A stretch of DNA of 64,000 nucleotides from Macrostomum lignano. Taxonomy: Eukaryota. The translations under genes and the position numbers were made by a program. Location of the stretch: positions 79,361-143,360 of the forward strand of contig NIVC01002751.1 in the NCBI GenBank assembly GCA_002269645.1, in the 5' to 3' direction. Below the pieces are notes generated by a model. The model had not been told where the DNA came from. It searched no databases and saw only the letters and a list, made by a program, of their open reading frames with translations. This document shows positions 45,819 through 57,615 of the stretch, in pieces (positions within the stretch are counted from its first letter, which is position 1; every line of letters begins with the position of its first letter).

Positions 45819-46064
45819 ATGCTGATAATAGTGCAACTGTTATTCGCATTGTTATTCGCACTGGCGGGCCACGTGATCCGATCCGAGGGCTACTGCCCCC
45901 AACCTGTTCAGGACGTCCTGCTGCTTACCTTGCGAAGTCCGTTCAGGCGGGGTCAGGCCCGAACCCGTCGATACGTGGACTGCCTGCTGTGCGACGCTGG
46001 GGCGCCCGACACTGCCAACGGAGCTGACTTTGTTCGCTCTCAGGCTCTGCGGCGCGCCATCTGA
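45819..46064 (+). CDS. 81-aa small ORF, possible secreted peptide precursor (alternatively a GPCR C-terminal remnant)
   Basis: ATG with upstream in-frame stop; hydrophobic N-terminus MLIIVQLLFALLFALAG; RR, RTRR, RR sites; 3 Cys; C/G-ending codons like the clear genes here. Confidence 0.4.
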   Translation: MLIIVQLLFALLFALAGHVIRSEGYCPQPVQDVLLLTLRSPFRRGQARTRRYVDCLLCDAGAPDTANGADFVRSQALRRAI

Positions 46065-46884
46065 CGCGTCCTGCTCTAACTGTGACTGTGCATGCGGGGT
46101 CGCGTATTTTGTTGTTTGTTGTTGTTGTTGTATTCGCATTGTGCTTGTGGATGCTGGACTGGGCTCGATCTGTTTACACCGCGTCCAGTCAGGGGATTAG
46201 GGGGGGATAGCGACGACTCCGCGCTCTCCCTAGGGAACCAGCGGGCTTAAGTTGCAAAAACAGCATCATCTGGCGCAGAAGGAGGCTGTTGCCCGACCAT
46301 CCGGCCGCGTGATTTACGCCATCCTCCCCTCCCCCTTTACTCTACCTCCGCGCCGTCGAGGGATATGGGGTGGGGGATAATTCTCCTCACCTAGCTGTGC
46401 CGCCTATCAGTTGGCGAAGACTGACAGACAAGAGCAGCAAAAACAACGAACTCAAAAACAACCCTCAGAAGCCAGTTATGTGAACTAGATCTAATTTTTC
46501 TCTAGAATCGTCAAATTATTGCAATAATCCGCTGTGTTTGATGTGAATGTGAAAGGTAGATTAAAACTGAATAGTCGGGACGTTGCAAAAAAGTAAGCCC
46601 GCATCACGCAACGATTCTCAAATGCGACTTTCTCTTCTGTTCATCTGAGCCCTGTTTACAAGGTAGCTAAATGCTAAACTTAGGTGGGCTGACACGATAG
46701 TTTATCACGGACAGAGACTTATCCGTGTTAAGCGTCACATTTTTTTGTTTTTTAAATGTTTGCTCGTTGTTGGAAGCACCAAACTACATTTTCATGGGTC
46801 CATGACATTTTGACTGCCACAAATTGACTTCCGATCCAATTTGGGCCAACCAGTCAAGTTGGGCCAGTCAAATGTCTGGCAATC

Positions 46885-47116
46885 AAATTGGGGCAGTCAA
46901 ATTGGGGCAATCAAATTGGGGCAGTCAAATTGGGGCAGTCAAATTGGGGCAATCAAATTGGGGCAGTCAAATTGGGGCAGTCAAATTGGGGCAGTCAAAT
47001 TGGGGCAGTCAAATTGGGGCAGTCAAATTGGGGCAGTCAAATTGGGGCAATCAAATTGGGGCAGTCAAATTGGGGCAGTCAAATTGGGGCAGTGTAATTG
47101 GGGCAGTCAAATTGGG
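46885..47116. repeat. 14-bp minisatellite, ~16 copies, with inverted degenerate units at about 46810-46845
   Basis: Unit AAATTGGGGCAGTC. Confidence 0.95.
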
Positions 47117-47689
47117 AGTTGAGGTCTGGGAAAGCTTTTCTACAGTATGCAGAACCCTTGAAGATTTGGAATGCCGCCTCGGCACTGCGATCACTTGGCA
47201 GTCGACTATCTTTGATCCGTATTGATTAGCTGAGCCTCTCAATTTAATGCTCAGGTTTTATCCCAAGATTGTCTTATTCCCCGTTCTCAATGCTGCTCTT
47301 CAAGCTCAGTGCTGGCATGCCAGTTGGTGGGGGCCTATAATGGAATTATCTTGTAGGATTATTACAATGCAATTGGGGATCCGATATCCCGACTACACAC
47401 CCCTGACTCAAATAGCAGCTAGTATCTAGCTTTCTATTCCAGAGGCTGTAGCAAGACACACTGTTTAACAAAATGAGCACTTTCTCTCGAGAATTCTTGG
47501 CGTTCAGCAGCGGAGCATGTGAGTAGTATAAAATATTCAGGAAAAATCCTGAGCTTATTCTCTCTGAAAGCATTAATTCACTCAAGCTCCTATTTTGTTA
47601 CGTCTTTCGTCAGCGTGACCCCACTCTGACCTAAAATGACCCCCGTGAACCCGCTCGGTTAGCTCATCGCGTCTCTATCAACCCCCCTA

Positions 47690-47960
47690 CCTATGTGGAT
47701 CCAAAGGACCCTGTGTGAACCCAAAGGACCCCGTGTGGACCCAAAAACCCTTTGTAGACCCAAAGCACCCCATATGGACCCAAAGGACCCCTATGTGAAT
47801 TCAAAGGACCCGTTGTGGACATAAATTACCCTGTGTGAACCCAGAGGACCCTGTGTTGCCATAAATTACCCTGTGTGAACCCAGAGGACCCTGTGTGGAC
47901 ATAAATTAACCTGTGTGAACCCAAAGGACCCTGTGTGGATCCGAAGGACCCACATGTGTG
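47690..47960. repeat. Degenerate ~20-bp repeat
   Basis: Unit approx GTGTGGACCCAAAGGACCCT. Confidence 0.8.
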
Positions 47961-48475
47961 GCTTGCATAATATTTGAGTGAAAAAAGCATCTGCACTGCT
48001 ATAATAGTAAACTTCCGCAAAAGAAGAAGTTAATAAAAAGTTGCACGGCTTACAAAGCAGAAGACTGGGTTAATTTTGTAGTCACTCTACCGCGCACTGT
48101 CTGCGTCTGTGTACTAACTTTCACTCGTTTCTTTCGGTTCAGCGCGGGACAAAAACGGGGCAATAGCTATTTGCTTATCTGATGACGAAGATGCAGAATA
48201 TTTTTTGCGGCAAAAAAACACGCATCACTCCCGCCTCCGTGCTCTGTGGAATCAATCCCAGTCCTGTGGGGAATACGCGGCACCGAGACTGGCTTCCATC
48301 CTCAGTTCTCAGCAGCAGCTGCATTTCTTAATTAATAGCTAGACAGAAGTCAAAGGGCAGCGAGCTGACGCCACAGCCGGAGATGCAAATCAAATGTTAG
48401 AAAATAGATTCCATTTCCAGCTGACGTCTTCCACGTCTGACTCGCTGGCGTTTCCGCTTCGAAAGTTCTACTTCT

Positions 48476-50550
48476 AATTCCCCCCTGCCATCCCAGTTCC
48501 TTGAATTCCCCCCTGCCATCCCAGTTCCTTGAATTCCCCCCTGCCATCCCAGTTCCTTGAATTCCCCTCTGCCATCCCAGTTCCTGCTTGAATTCCCCCT
48601 CTGCCATCCCAGTTCCTTGAATTCCCCTCTGCCATCCCAGTTCCTTGAATTCCCCTCTGCCATCCCAGTTCCTTGAATTCCCCTCTGCCATCCCAGTTCC
48701 TTGAATTCCCCTCTGCCATCCCAGTTCCTTGAATTCCCCTCTGCCATCCCAGTTCATTGAATTCCCCTCTGCCATCCCAGTTCATTGAATTCCCCTCTGC
48801 CATCCCAGTTCCTTGAATTCCCCTCTGCCATCCCAGTTCCTTGAATTCCCCTCTGCCATCCCAGTTCCTTGAATTCCCCTCTGCCATCCCAGTTCATTGA
48901 ATTCCCCTCTGCCATCCCAGTTCATTGAATTCCCCTCTGCCATCCCAGTTCCTCCTTGAATTCCCCTCTGCCATCCCAGTTCCTTGAATTCCCCCCTGCC
49001 ATCCCAGTTCCTTGAATTCCCCTCTGCCATCCCAGTTCCTTGAATTCCCCTCTGCCATCCCAGTTCCTTGAATTCCCCTCTGCCATCCCAGTTCCTTGAA
49101 TTCCCCTCTGCCATCCCAGTTCCTTGAATTCCCCTCTGCCATCCCAGTTCCTTGAATTCCCACCTGCAGTCTCAGTTCCTGCTTGAATTCCCCTCTGCCA
49201 TCCCAGTTCATTGAATTCCCCTCTGCCATCCCAGTTCATTGAATTCCCCTCTGCCATCCCAGTTCATTGAATTCCCCTCTGCCATCCCAGTTCATTGAAT
49301 TCCCCTCTGCCATCCCAGTTCATTGAATTCCCCTCTGCCATCCCAGTTCCTCCTTGAATTCCCCTCTGCCATCCCAGTTCCTGCTTGAATTCCCCTCTGC
49401 CATCCCAGTTCATTGAATTCCCCTCTGCCATCCCAGTTCCTTGAATTCCCATCTGCAGTCTCAGTTCCTCCTTCAATTCCCCTCTACCATCCCAGTTCCT
49501 TGAATTCCCCTCTACCATCCCAGTTCCTCCTTCAATTCCCCTCTACCATCCCAGTTCCTCCTTCAATTCCCGTCTGCCATCCCAGTTCCTCCTTCAATTC
49601 CCGTCTGCCATCCCAGTTCCTCCTTCAATTCCCGTCTGCCATCCCAGTTCCTCCTTCAATTCCCGTCTGCCATCCCAGTTCCTCCTTCAATTCCCGTCTG
49701 CCATCCCAGTTCCTCCTTCAATTCCCGTCTGCCATCCCAGTTCCTCCTTCAATTCCCGTCTGCCATCCCAGTTCCTCCTTCAATTCCCTTCTGCCATCCC
49801 AGTTCCTCCTTCAATTCCCGTCTGCCATCCCAGTTCCTCCTTCAATTCCCGTCTGCCATCCCAGTTCCTCCTTCAATTCCCGTCTGCCATCCCAGTTCCT
49901 CCTTCAATTCCCGTCTGCCATCCCAGTTCCTCCTTCAATTCCCGTCTGCCATCCCAGTTCCTCCTTCAATTCCCGTCTGCCATCCCAGTTCCTCCTTCAA
50001 TTCCCGTCTGCCATCCCAGTTCCTCCTTCAATTCCCGTCTGCCATCCCAGTTCCTCCTTCAATTCCCGTCTGCCATCCCAGTTCCTCCTTCAATTCCCGT
50101 CTGCCATCCCAGTTCCTCCTTCAATTCCCGTCTGCCATCCCAGTTCCTCCTTCAATTCCCGTCTGCCATCCCAGTTCCTCCTTCAATTCCCTTCTGCCAT
50201 CCCAGTTCCTCCTTCAATTCCCTTCTGCCATCCCAGTTCCTCCTTCAATTCCCGTCTGCCATCCCAGTTCCTCCTTCAATTCCCGTCTGCCATCCCAGTT
50301 CCTCCTTCAATTCCCGTCTGCCATCCCAGTTCCTCCTTCAATTCCCGTCTGCCATCCCAGTTCCTCCTTCAATTCCCCTCTGCCATCCCAGTTCCTCCTT
50401 CAATTCCCGTCTGCCATCCCAGTTCCTCCTTCAATTCCCGTCTGCCATCCCAGTTCCTCCTTCAATTCCCCTCTGCCATCCCAGTTCCTCCTTCAATTCC
50501 CGTCTGCCATCCCAGTTCCTCCTTCAATTCCCGTCTGCCATCCCAGTTCC
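48476..50550. repeat. Compound 28-bp to 31-bp minisatellite
   Basis: Left unit GAATTCCCCTCTGCCATCCCAGTTCCTT (28 bp); right unit CAATTCCCGTCTGCCATCCCAGTTCCTCCTT (31 bp); switch near 49450-49550. Confidence 0.98.
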
Positions 50551-51038
50551 TTTAATAAATCAATAATGTTTCAACAAATCTGTTTGCAGAAAAAGTATTC
50601 GACGTACTAACAAAAATATGTTTGCTATCTGAAAAAAAACATATTTTGCGTCGAGGAAGGCCGTGAGGACTTATCTGGGATGAGAATGGCGAACTAAAAT
50701 GCGAGGGTCTTTTATCCACAGCAGCTGCTGAGGCAGCCTTGATGTAAACACGGGCTATTTTTGTTCTCTGCTTTCACGTGCTGGAATTCCTGGAACAGTG
50801 CCCGGCCTGGATTGATTATGATTGGTTTTGGAACCCCTTGCAGTGCAAGCAGATATCGGCGCTGATTTCTTGAAGTTCAGAATTTTTCACTAATTGGCAT
50901 CCTCGGGCTCTGACTCTCAAGATTGATTGATTGAGTCTTCGATTCCAGCCGCATGTAAAACCTCTGTTACGCTTTATGTCATTTCTTAGAGCTCGCTTTG
51001 GCTGTGGCTAACTGTCTCATTTCTATTCTCTTTATTCG

Positions 51039-51478
51039 CCTGTTTCTGCCTATAGATCTCTGCCTTACTCCTCTCCTGTTTCTGCCTATAGATCTCTGCC
51101 TTACTCCTCACCTGTTTCTGCTTATAGATCTCTGCCTTACTCCTCTCCTGTTTCTGCCTACAGATCTCTGCCTTACTCCTCACCTGTTTTTGCCTACAGA
51201 TCTCTGCCTTACTCTTCACCTGTTTCTGCCTACAGATCTCTGTCTTACTCCTCACCTGTTTCTGCCTACAGATCTCTGCCTTACTCCTCACCTGTTTCTG
51301 CCTACAGATCTCTGTCTTACTCCTCACCTGTTTCTGCTTATAGATCTCTGCCTTACTCCTCACCTGTTTCTGCCTATAGATTTATGCCTTACTCATCTCC
51401 TGTTTCTGCCTATAGATCTCTGCCTTACTCCTCTCCTGTTTCTGTCTACAGATCTCTGCCTTAATCCTCTCCTGTTTC
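51039..51478. repeat. 36-bp minisatellite, ~12 copies
   Basis: Unit CCTACAGATCTCTGCCTTACTCCTCACCTGTTTCTG. Confidence 0.95.
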
Positions 51479-52069
51479 AGGCTCCCAATTAGTATGGAGC
51501 TCTCTGGTCCATCGTTTCTTTCTGCACCTTAAATTTCAAATTTTCCTTCTCATCCCTTTCTCCATCTCTGGCTGTTTAACTTCAGACCCAATCTATTTTT
51601 AACTTACACCATTTTTTTACTTTTATCCAGCTCAATCACTCTTAACCCATTCCTTCTCGAATCCATGTCCCGCTATCTGCCACCAACGTCATCATTTGAT
51701 TTCCATCATTTTCAAGATTCTTCCACCGCCTCGCCAAGCAGATGAGAAGCAGCGGTGCGTTTTCTTGCACCCGTCTGTCTGCCTTCCGCTTTCCGCTGGA
51801 GGAAACTCGAACCCGGCTTTCCTGGAAAGCTGATCTGCCTTTCGCTCTCGGACGAGTTCGAGAGATGCCTTCATCAAGATTGCAATGGGCTGCCTGTGAA
51901 GAAGCAAACTTTAACTATTTCTAGTTCAAATAATTATAGGTATGAGAAACCAAACAGAACATTTGTTACGAATGACGCGGAGCTTTAATCTGCATTAGAA
52001 ACTATTATGTCCAACCATTTCTATTGCCATTTACAGTAACGCAAAGTCTGTTCTGGATGTAAATCTTCA

Positions 52070-54088
52070 TGACCTGATGACTATGTATTCCCGTGACCTA
52101 ATTGATTTATGACCAGATGAGCTTCTGACCGGTTTTTGAGCCTATGACTAGATGATTTTATGACTAGATGATTCTGTGACCAGATGATTCTATGAGCAGA
52201 TGATTCTATGACCAGATGATTCTATGACTAAATGATTCTATGACTAGATGATTCTATGACTAGATGATTCTATGACTAGATGATTCTATGACCGGATGAT
52301 TTTTTGACTACATGATTCTATGACCAGTTTATTCGATGACCATATTATTCTATGACCGGATGTTTCTACGACCAGATGATTCGATGAACAGATTATTCTA
52401 TGACCAGATTATTCGATGACCAGATGATTCTATGACCATATGATTATATGACCGGATGATTTTATGACCATATGATTATATGACCGGATGATTCTATGAC
52501 CAGCTTTTTCGATGACCAGATGATTCGATGACCAGATGGTTCTGTGACCAGATGACTCTATGACCAGATGATTATATGACCAGATGATTCTATGGCTAGA
52601 TGATTCTGTGACCAGATGATTCTGTGACCAGATGATTCTGTGACCAGATGATTCTGTGACCAGATGATTCTGTGACCAGATGATTCTATGACCAGATGAT
52701 TCTGTGACCAGATGATTCTATGGCTAGATGATTCTATGACCGGATAATTTTTTGACTACATGATTCTATGACCAGTTTATTCGATGACCATATTATTCTA
52801 TGACCAGATTATTCGATGACCAGATGATTCTATGACCATATGATTATATGACCGGATGATTCTATGACCAGATTATTCGATGACCAGATGATTCTATGAC
52901 CATATGATTATATGACCGGATGATTCTATGACCAGCTTTTTCGATGACCAGATGATTCGATGACCAGATGGTTCTGTGACCAGATGACTCTATGACCAGA
53001 TGATTATATGACCAGATGATTCTATGGCTAGATGATTCTGTGACCAGATGATTCTGTGACCAGATGATTCTATGACCAGATGATTCTATGGCTAGATGAT
53101 TCTGTGACCAGATGATTCTGTGACTAAATGATTCTGTGACCAGATGATTCTGTGACCAGATGATTCTGTGACCAGATGATTCTATGGCTAAATGATTCTG
53201 TGACCAGATGATTCTGTGACCAGATGATTCTGTGACCAGATGATTCTATGGCTAAATGATTCTGTGACCAGATGATTCTGTGACCAGATGATTCTGTGAC
53301 CAGATGATTCTATGGCTAGATGATTCTATGACCAGATGATTCTATGACCAGATGATTCTATGGCTAGATGATTCTATGACCAGATGATTCTATGACCAGA
53401 TGATTCTATGGCTAGATGATTCTATGACCAGATGATTCTATGACCAGATGATTCTATGGCTAGATGATTCTATGACCAGATGATTCTATGACCAGATGAT
53501 TCTATGGCTAGATGATTCTATGACCAGATGATTCTATGACCAGATGATTCTATGGCTAGATGATTCTATGACCAGATGATTCTATGGCTAGATGATTCTG
53601 TGACCAGATGATTCTGTGACCAGATGATTCTATGACCAGATGATTCTATGACCAGATGATTCTGTGACCAGATGATTCTGTGACCAGATGATTCTGTGAC
53701 TAAATGATTCTGTGACCAGATGATTCTGTGACTAAATGATTCTGTGACCAGATGATTCTGTGACCAGATGATTCTGTGACCAGATGATTCTGTGACCAGA
53801 TGATTCTATGACCAGATGATTCTGTGACCAGATGATTCTGTGACCAGATGATTCTGTGACCAGATGATTCTGTGACTAAATGATTCTATGACCAGATGAT
53901 TCTGTGACCAGATGATTCTGTGACCAGATGATTCTGTGACTAAATGATTCTATGACCAGATGATTCTGTGACCAGATGATTCTGTGACCAGATGATTCTA
54001 TGACCAGATGATTCTATGGCTAGATGATTCTGTGACCAGATGATTCTGTGACCAGATGATTCTATGACCAGATGATTCTATGACCAGA
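52070..54088. repeat. 16-bp minisatellite, ~125 copies
   Basis: Unit TGACCAGATGATTCT(A/G); degenerate on the left, homogeneous on the right. Confidence 0.98.
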
Positions 54089-55107
54089 TTACCTCCGGTG
54101 GAAAAAATTGCCATAATCCCAGTCCTTATGACCATCAGTTGATATGACGCATTTTTCGCACACCCAGCAGTTAACTATAACCAGCGCATCAGTCAGATCA
54201 GTATTCAAAATCAACAGACGCATATAAAAGTTACGGTTGTGACACAAAAGCGTATAAAGCATTATAATATTTGTATTTCAAGCAGCCTTGAGAATCTATT
54301 TACTGTCTTACAGTCAAGAATATTGGTAGATGGCTTAATTAACAGTTGCATCGTCCGGCTCTACTAGAATGACACTGATGATACGAGCGAACTGACAAGG
54401 ACGGAACAAAAATACTCGTCACTCTTGAAACTTTCACAATCTCAAATCCGGTAGCCAAGGGACTTGAGAGACGACTCTGTAGCTTCTGCTAAGACCTTTG
54501 AGGCCGATGAAAAAGTGCTGGATCTGATTTAAATAAAAAAAGATCGTAGAAAGCACTTTTGGCTTGACTATAGCGAGACAACTTCGGTTTAAATCTGGCC
54601 AGAGAAAAGTTTTCTTAGCTTTTTCATTGCCTGGCTTCCTGTTCCAGGGGGTTCGAGGGCCCGAGTCCGGCAGTTACCTGTGCTTGACACGCAGCAGAGC
54701 CAGCAGCAGCAGCACACGGCCCATACAGTGTTTATGCCTCCCCGCCGCAAATATTTCTGTGTCGAATTTTTGCTCCGACGTAAAAGACGGGAGACAGAGA
54801 GAGGGGAGAGGCCACAAACGAGAGGGATTCCAGCTGCTTGATTGATGCGGAAGCGGAGGCTGCGGCGGCTGGAAGTGATGGAGGCATTTCTGGTTAAGAT
54901 TGCTGGAGAGGCTTGAGCCTGTTGCTGGTATTGATAGCGTCTGACGGTGACTGGTCTGGGCAGAGAAGCAGACAGGGGGACAGCAGTGACAAGTGACAGG
55001 CCGGCGTCAGCTGGAGGCGATTACGAGCCTGGGGGGCTCGCCTTGCCCTGCATCTTCCATGCATTATGAATTGCGCAGTAAAATGCAAAAACACAGGACA
55101 GGCTGCG

Positions 55108-55568
55108 AAAGTCCTCAGGTTGCTAAAAGTTCTCAGGTTGCCAAAAGTCCTCAGGTTGCCAAAAGTCCTCAGATTGCCAAAAGTTCTAAGGTTGCTAAAA
55201 GTCCTCAGGTTGCCAAAAGTTCTCAGGTTGCCAAAAGTCCTCAGGTTGCCAAAAGTCCTCAGGTTGCTAAAAGTCCTCAGGTTGCTAAAAGTCCTCAGGT
55301 TGCCAAAAGTCCTCAGGTTGCCAAAAGTCCTCAGGTTGCCAAAAGTCCTCAGGTTGCCAAAAGTCCTCAGGTTGCCAAAAGTCCTCAGGTTGCCAAAAGT
55401 CCTCAGGTTGCCAAAAGTCCTCAGGTTGCCAAAAGTCCTCAGGTTGCCAAAAGTCCTCAGGTTGCTAAAAATCCTCAGGTTGCTAAAAGTCCTCAGGTTG
55501 CTAAAAGTCCTCAGGTTGCTAAAAGTCCTCAGGTTTCTAAAAGTCCTCAGGTTGCCAAAAGTCCTCAG
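55108..55568. repeat. 18-bp minisatellite, ~25 copies, directly after the GPCR stop codon
   Basis: Unit CAGGTTGCCAAAAGTCCT. Confidence 0.97.
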
Positions 55569-55573
55569 CGGGC

Positions 55574-56752
55574 CTAGACGCAGCTGGTGACTTGCAGGGT
55601 GATTCTGGGACTCGGCAGCATTGAGTACTGGTGCTGCATTGTTGAGCACGGGCTGCCCGCTGGCCTGCCGTGTCTACCGGCGCTTACGACACTGCCAGCG
55701 CCGCCTCCATCGTGACCGCCGACGCACACGCCGCTAGTCAGCTGTTTCTGATGCCGACGCCGGCGTAAAATCACCGACCGAAACGTGCTGTTGGTCTTCA
55801 TGTACACGACGAAGTTGCAGGTGGAGTCCAAATTGATGCAAAAATTCGACAGCTCGATGGCGTACTTCATGAAGCTGTCCCAGGCCTGGCTATCGTCCGG
55901 GACTTTCACACCGATGAGCACGGTGAGGAACATCGGCATCTCCATGCAGACGAACACGAGCAGCAGCAGCTGCACCATGCGGGTTGCCTTCATGTGCGCC
56001 TGGTTGCCGCCCACCGCACCGCTGCCGCGATGCCGGCGCAGTCCGATCGTCATGGCGACGGAGGCTACGCTGACCAGAATGACCGGCAGCACGGCCTGGA
56101 AGAACATCGAGCTCAGGTAGAATTCGCCGTAGAAATTGAACGGATACAGCGGCACCTTGGCCACGATGCGTCCTGTCTCGGCGCAGTACACGTACTGCTC
56201 TTGGAAGGCCTTGGGAATGCCGAAGGCCAGGCCCAGCAGCAGGATGCCGGCGAAGATGCCGCTGACTGTGCGGTGGCCGCAGCAGCGGCCGGTGTTGCGC
56301 GAGAACGGCCTGACGACCGCCTCGCACCGGCTGACTGCGATGAGCACCACACACCAGTTGCGGGCCAGCAGGAAGGCGTTGGCCATCACCCAGGTGATGG
56401 ACAGGAAGCGCACCAGCTGCCTGGCCGACTCATCCGACGCGTAGCCGACCCGATGCGGCGCCACCTCCAGTACGAGGCGGGCGATGGCGACGCTGGTCAT
56501 GCCGAAGCTGGCGAGCACCTCGGTGCTGGACAGCATGAGCAGCAGCAGCCGGATGATGGACTCCTTCTGACGGTGGCACAGGAACACCAGCAGAGACAGG
56601 CTGTTGAGCACCAAATTAGTCAATCCTAGCGCGGCAAAGGCGCACTTCATGGCGCCCATGGTCAGGTCTGGCGCCGGCGCCAAATTAAGGCTTGAGTTGT
56701 CAGAATTGTCGCCTAGGGAGCAGTTCGCCGGCTGTACAGTCAGCTGAAACAT
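55574..56752 (-). CDS. Intronless class A peptide-type GPCR (FMRFamide-receptor-like/Srw-like group), 392 aa from first ATG
   Basis: Seven hydrophobic segments; TM1 N (NLVLNSLS), TM3 end LIAVSRCEAVVRPF, TM5 P (LPVILV), TM6 FVCMEMP, TM7 NLDSTCNFVVY followed by STFR helix 8; N-glycosylation sites NCS and NSS in the N-terminus. Confidence 0.93.
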   Translation of the reverse strand: MFQLTVQPANCSLGDNSDNSSLNLAPAPDLTMGAMKCAFAALGLTNLVLNSLSLLVFLCHRQKESIIRLLLLMLSSTEVLASFGMTSVAIARLVLEVAPHRVGYASDESARQLVRFLSITWVMANAFLLARNWCVVLIAVSRCEAVVRPFSRNTGRCCGHRTVSGIFAGILLLGLAFGIPKAFQEQYVYCAETGRIVAKVPLYPFNFYGEFYLSSMFFQAVLPVILVSVASVAMTIGLRRHRGSGAVGGNQAHMKATRMVQLLLLVFVCMEMPMFLTVLIGVKVPDDSQAWDSFMKYAIELSNFCINLDSTCNFVVYMKTNSTFRSVILRRRRHQKQLTSGVCVGGHDGGGAGSVVSAGRHGRPAGSPCSTMQHQYSMLPSPRITLQVTSCV

Positions 56753-57415
56753 GTCGACAGCTGTTCGGAGTTGAATAGGCAAGGCCGGTTAGCTGAGTGC
56801 AGCAAGTTGACTCAGCCATGTGGCAAGCGGAGTTCATTATTATTCTGCCCAAGCCGCAGCCGGCATTGGCTGCTGGGCTCAGCCAATCAGCGTCAGTTGT
56901 TTGTTTCGCTAATATCGTATAGCAACAAGCTGCTGACATTGGTGAGTTTCCGGAAACTCTAATGTGTATTTTTGGCAGGAAACTTGGTAATCTTATACGT
57001 CTGATGCGTCTGTCTCATCGGTTGAGGTCAGGTCAACCGTGCTTCAGAGAGAGACTCCTGGCACTGATAATTAAAATTTGCCGGTACTACACAAAGTATC
57101 AGTTAGCTAATAATTACTGAGAAAACGCAAAACTTAGGCTACTAGGGTAATGAGATCTTCTGTATAAGGGTGGCCGAATCGAGTGAGTAGAAATGGTTCA
57201 CGCAAACAGGCTCAATTTAGTCACTCTTTGTGCCCGATTATTCTTTGCATGTTCTTTGCTCTGTTTCTTTACATCTTTTCTGCTTCTGATCAAATTGCCT
57301 TTATTTAGACATTTAGTGAATTAGCTGCGATGCTGGGACTTCTCTCTGTGGCGACTGTAGCTGGAAATTCTTTGAGCAGACTTTGCGATTCAGGCAATAA
57401 ATTATGAGTTACTTT

Positions 57416-57615
57416 GGAATTGGAGTGTGGGATTGGAGTGTGTGGGACTGGAGTGTGTGGGATTGGAGTGTTTAGGATTGGAGTGTGTGGGACTGGAGTG
57501 TGGGATTGGAGTGTGTGGGACTGGAGTGTGTGGGATTGGAGTGTGTAGGATTGGAGTGTGTGGGATTGGAGTGTGTGGGATTGGAGTGTGTAGGATTGGA
57601 GTGTGTGGGATTGGA
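57416..57615. repeat. 15-bp minisatellite, left of LINE insertion
   Basis: Unit GGATTGGAGTGTGT(G/A); continues after the LINE. Confidence 0.95.

Noticed and set aside
51755-51988. Trypsin-like protease from APVCLPS
   Set aside because: No following GWG, catalytic GDSGGP or other protease motifs.
52070-54088. E-box (CAGATG) enhancer array near the GPCR
   Set aside because: A 6-bp degenerate motif in a repeat unit is expected by chance; no independent support.
43589-55590. Periodic ORFs such as RRESE, GLYPPGCTLRVVPS, FPSAIPVPPS, LFLPTDLC, VAKSPQ and RTFGNL
   Set aside because: All are translations of minisatellite units without unique coding context.
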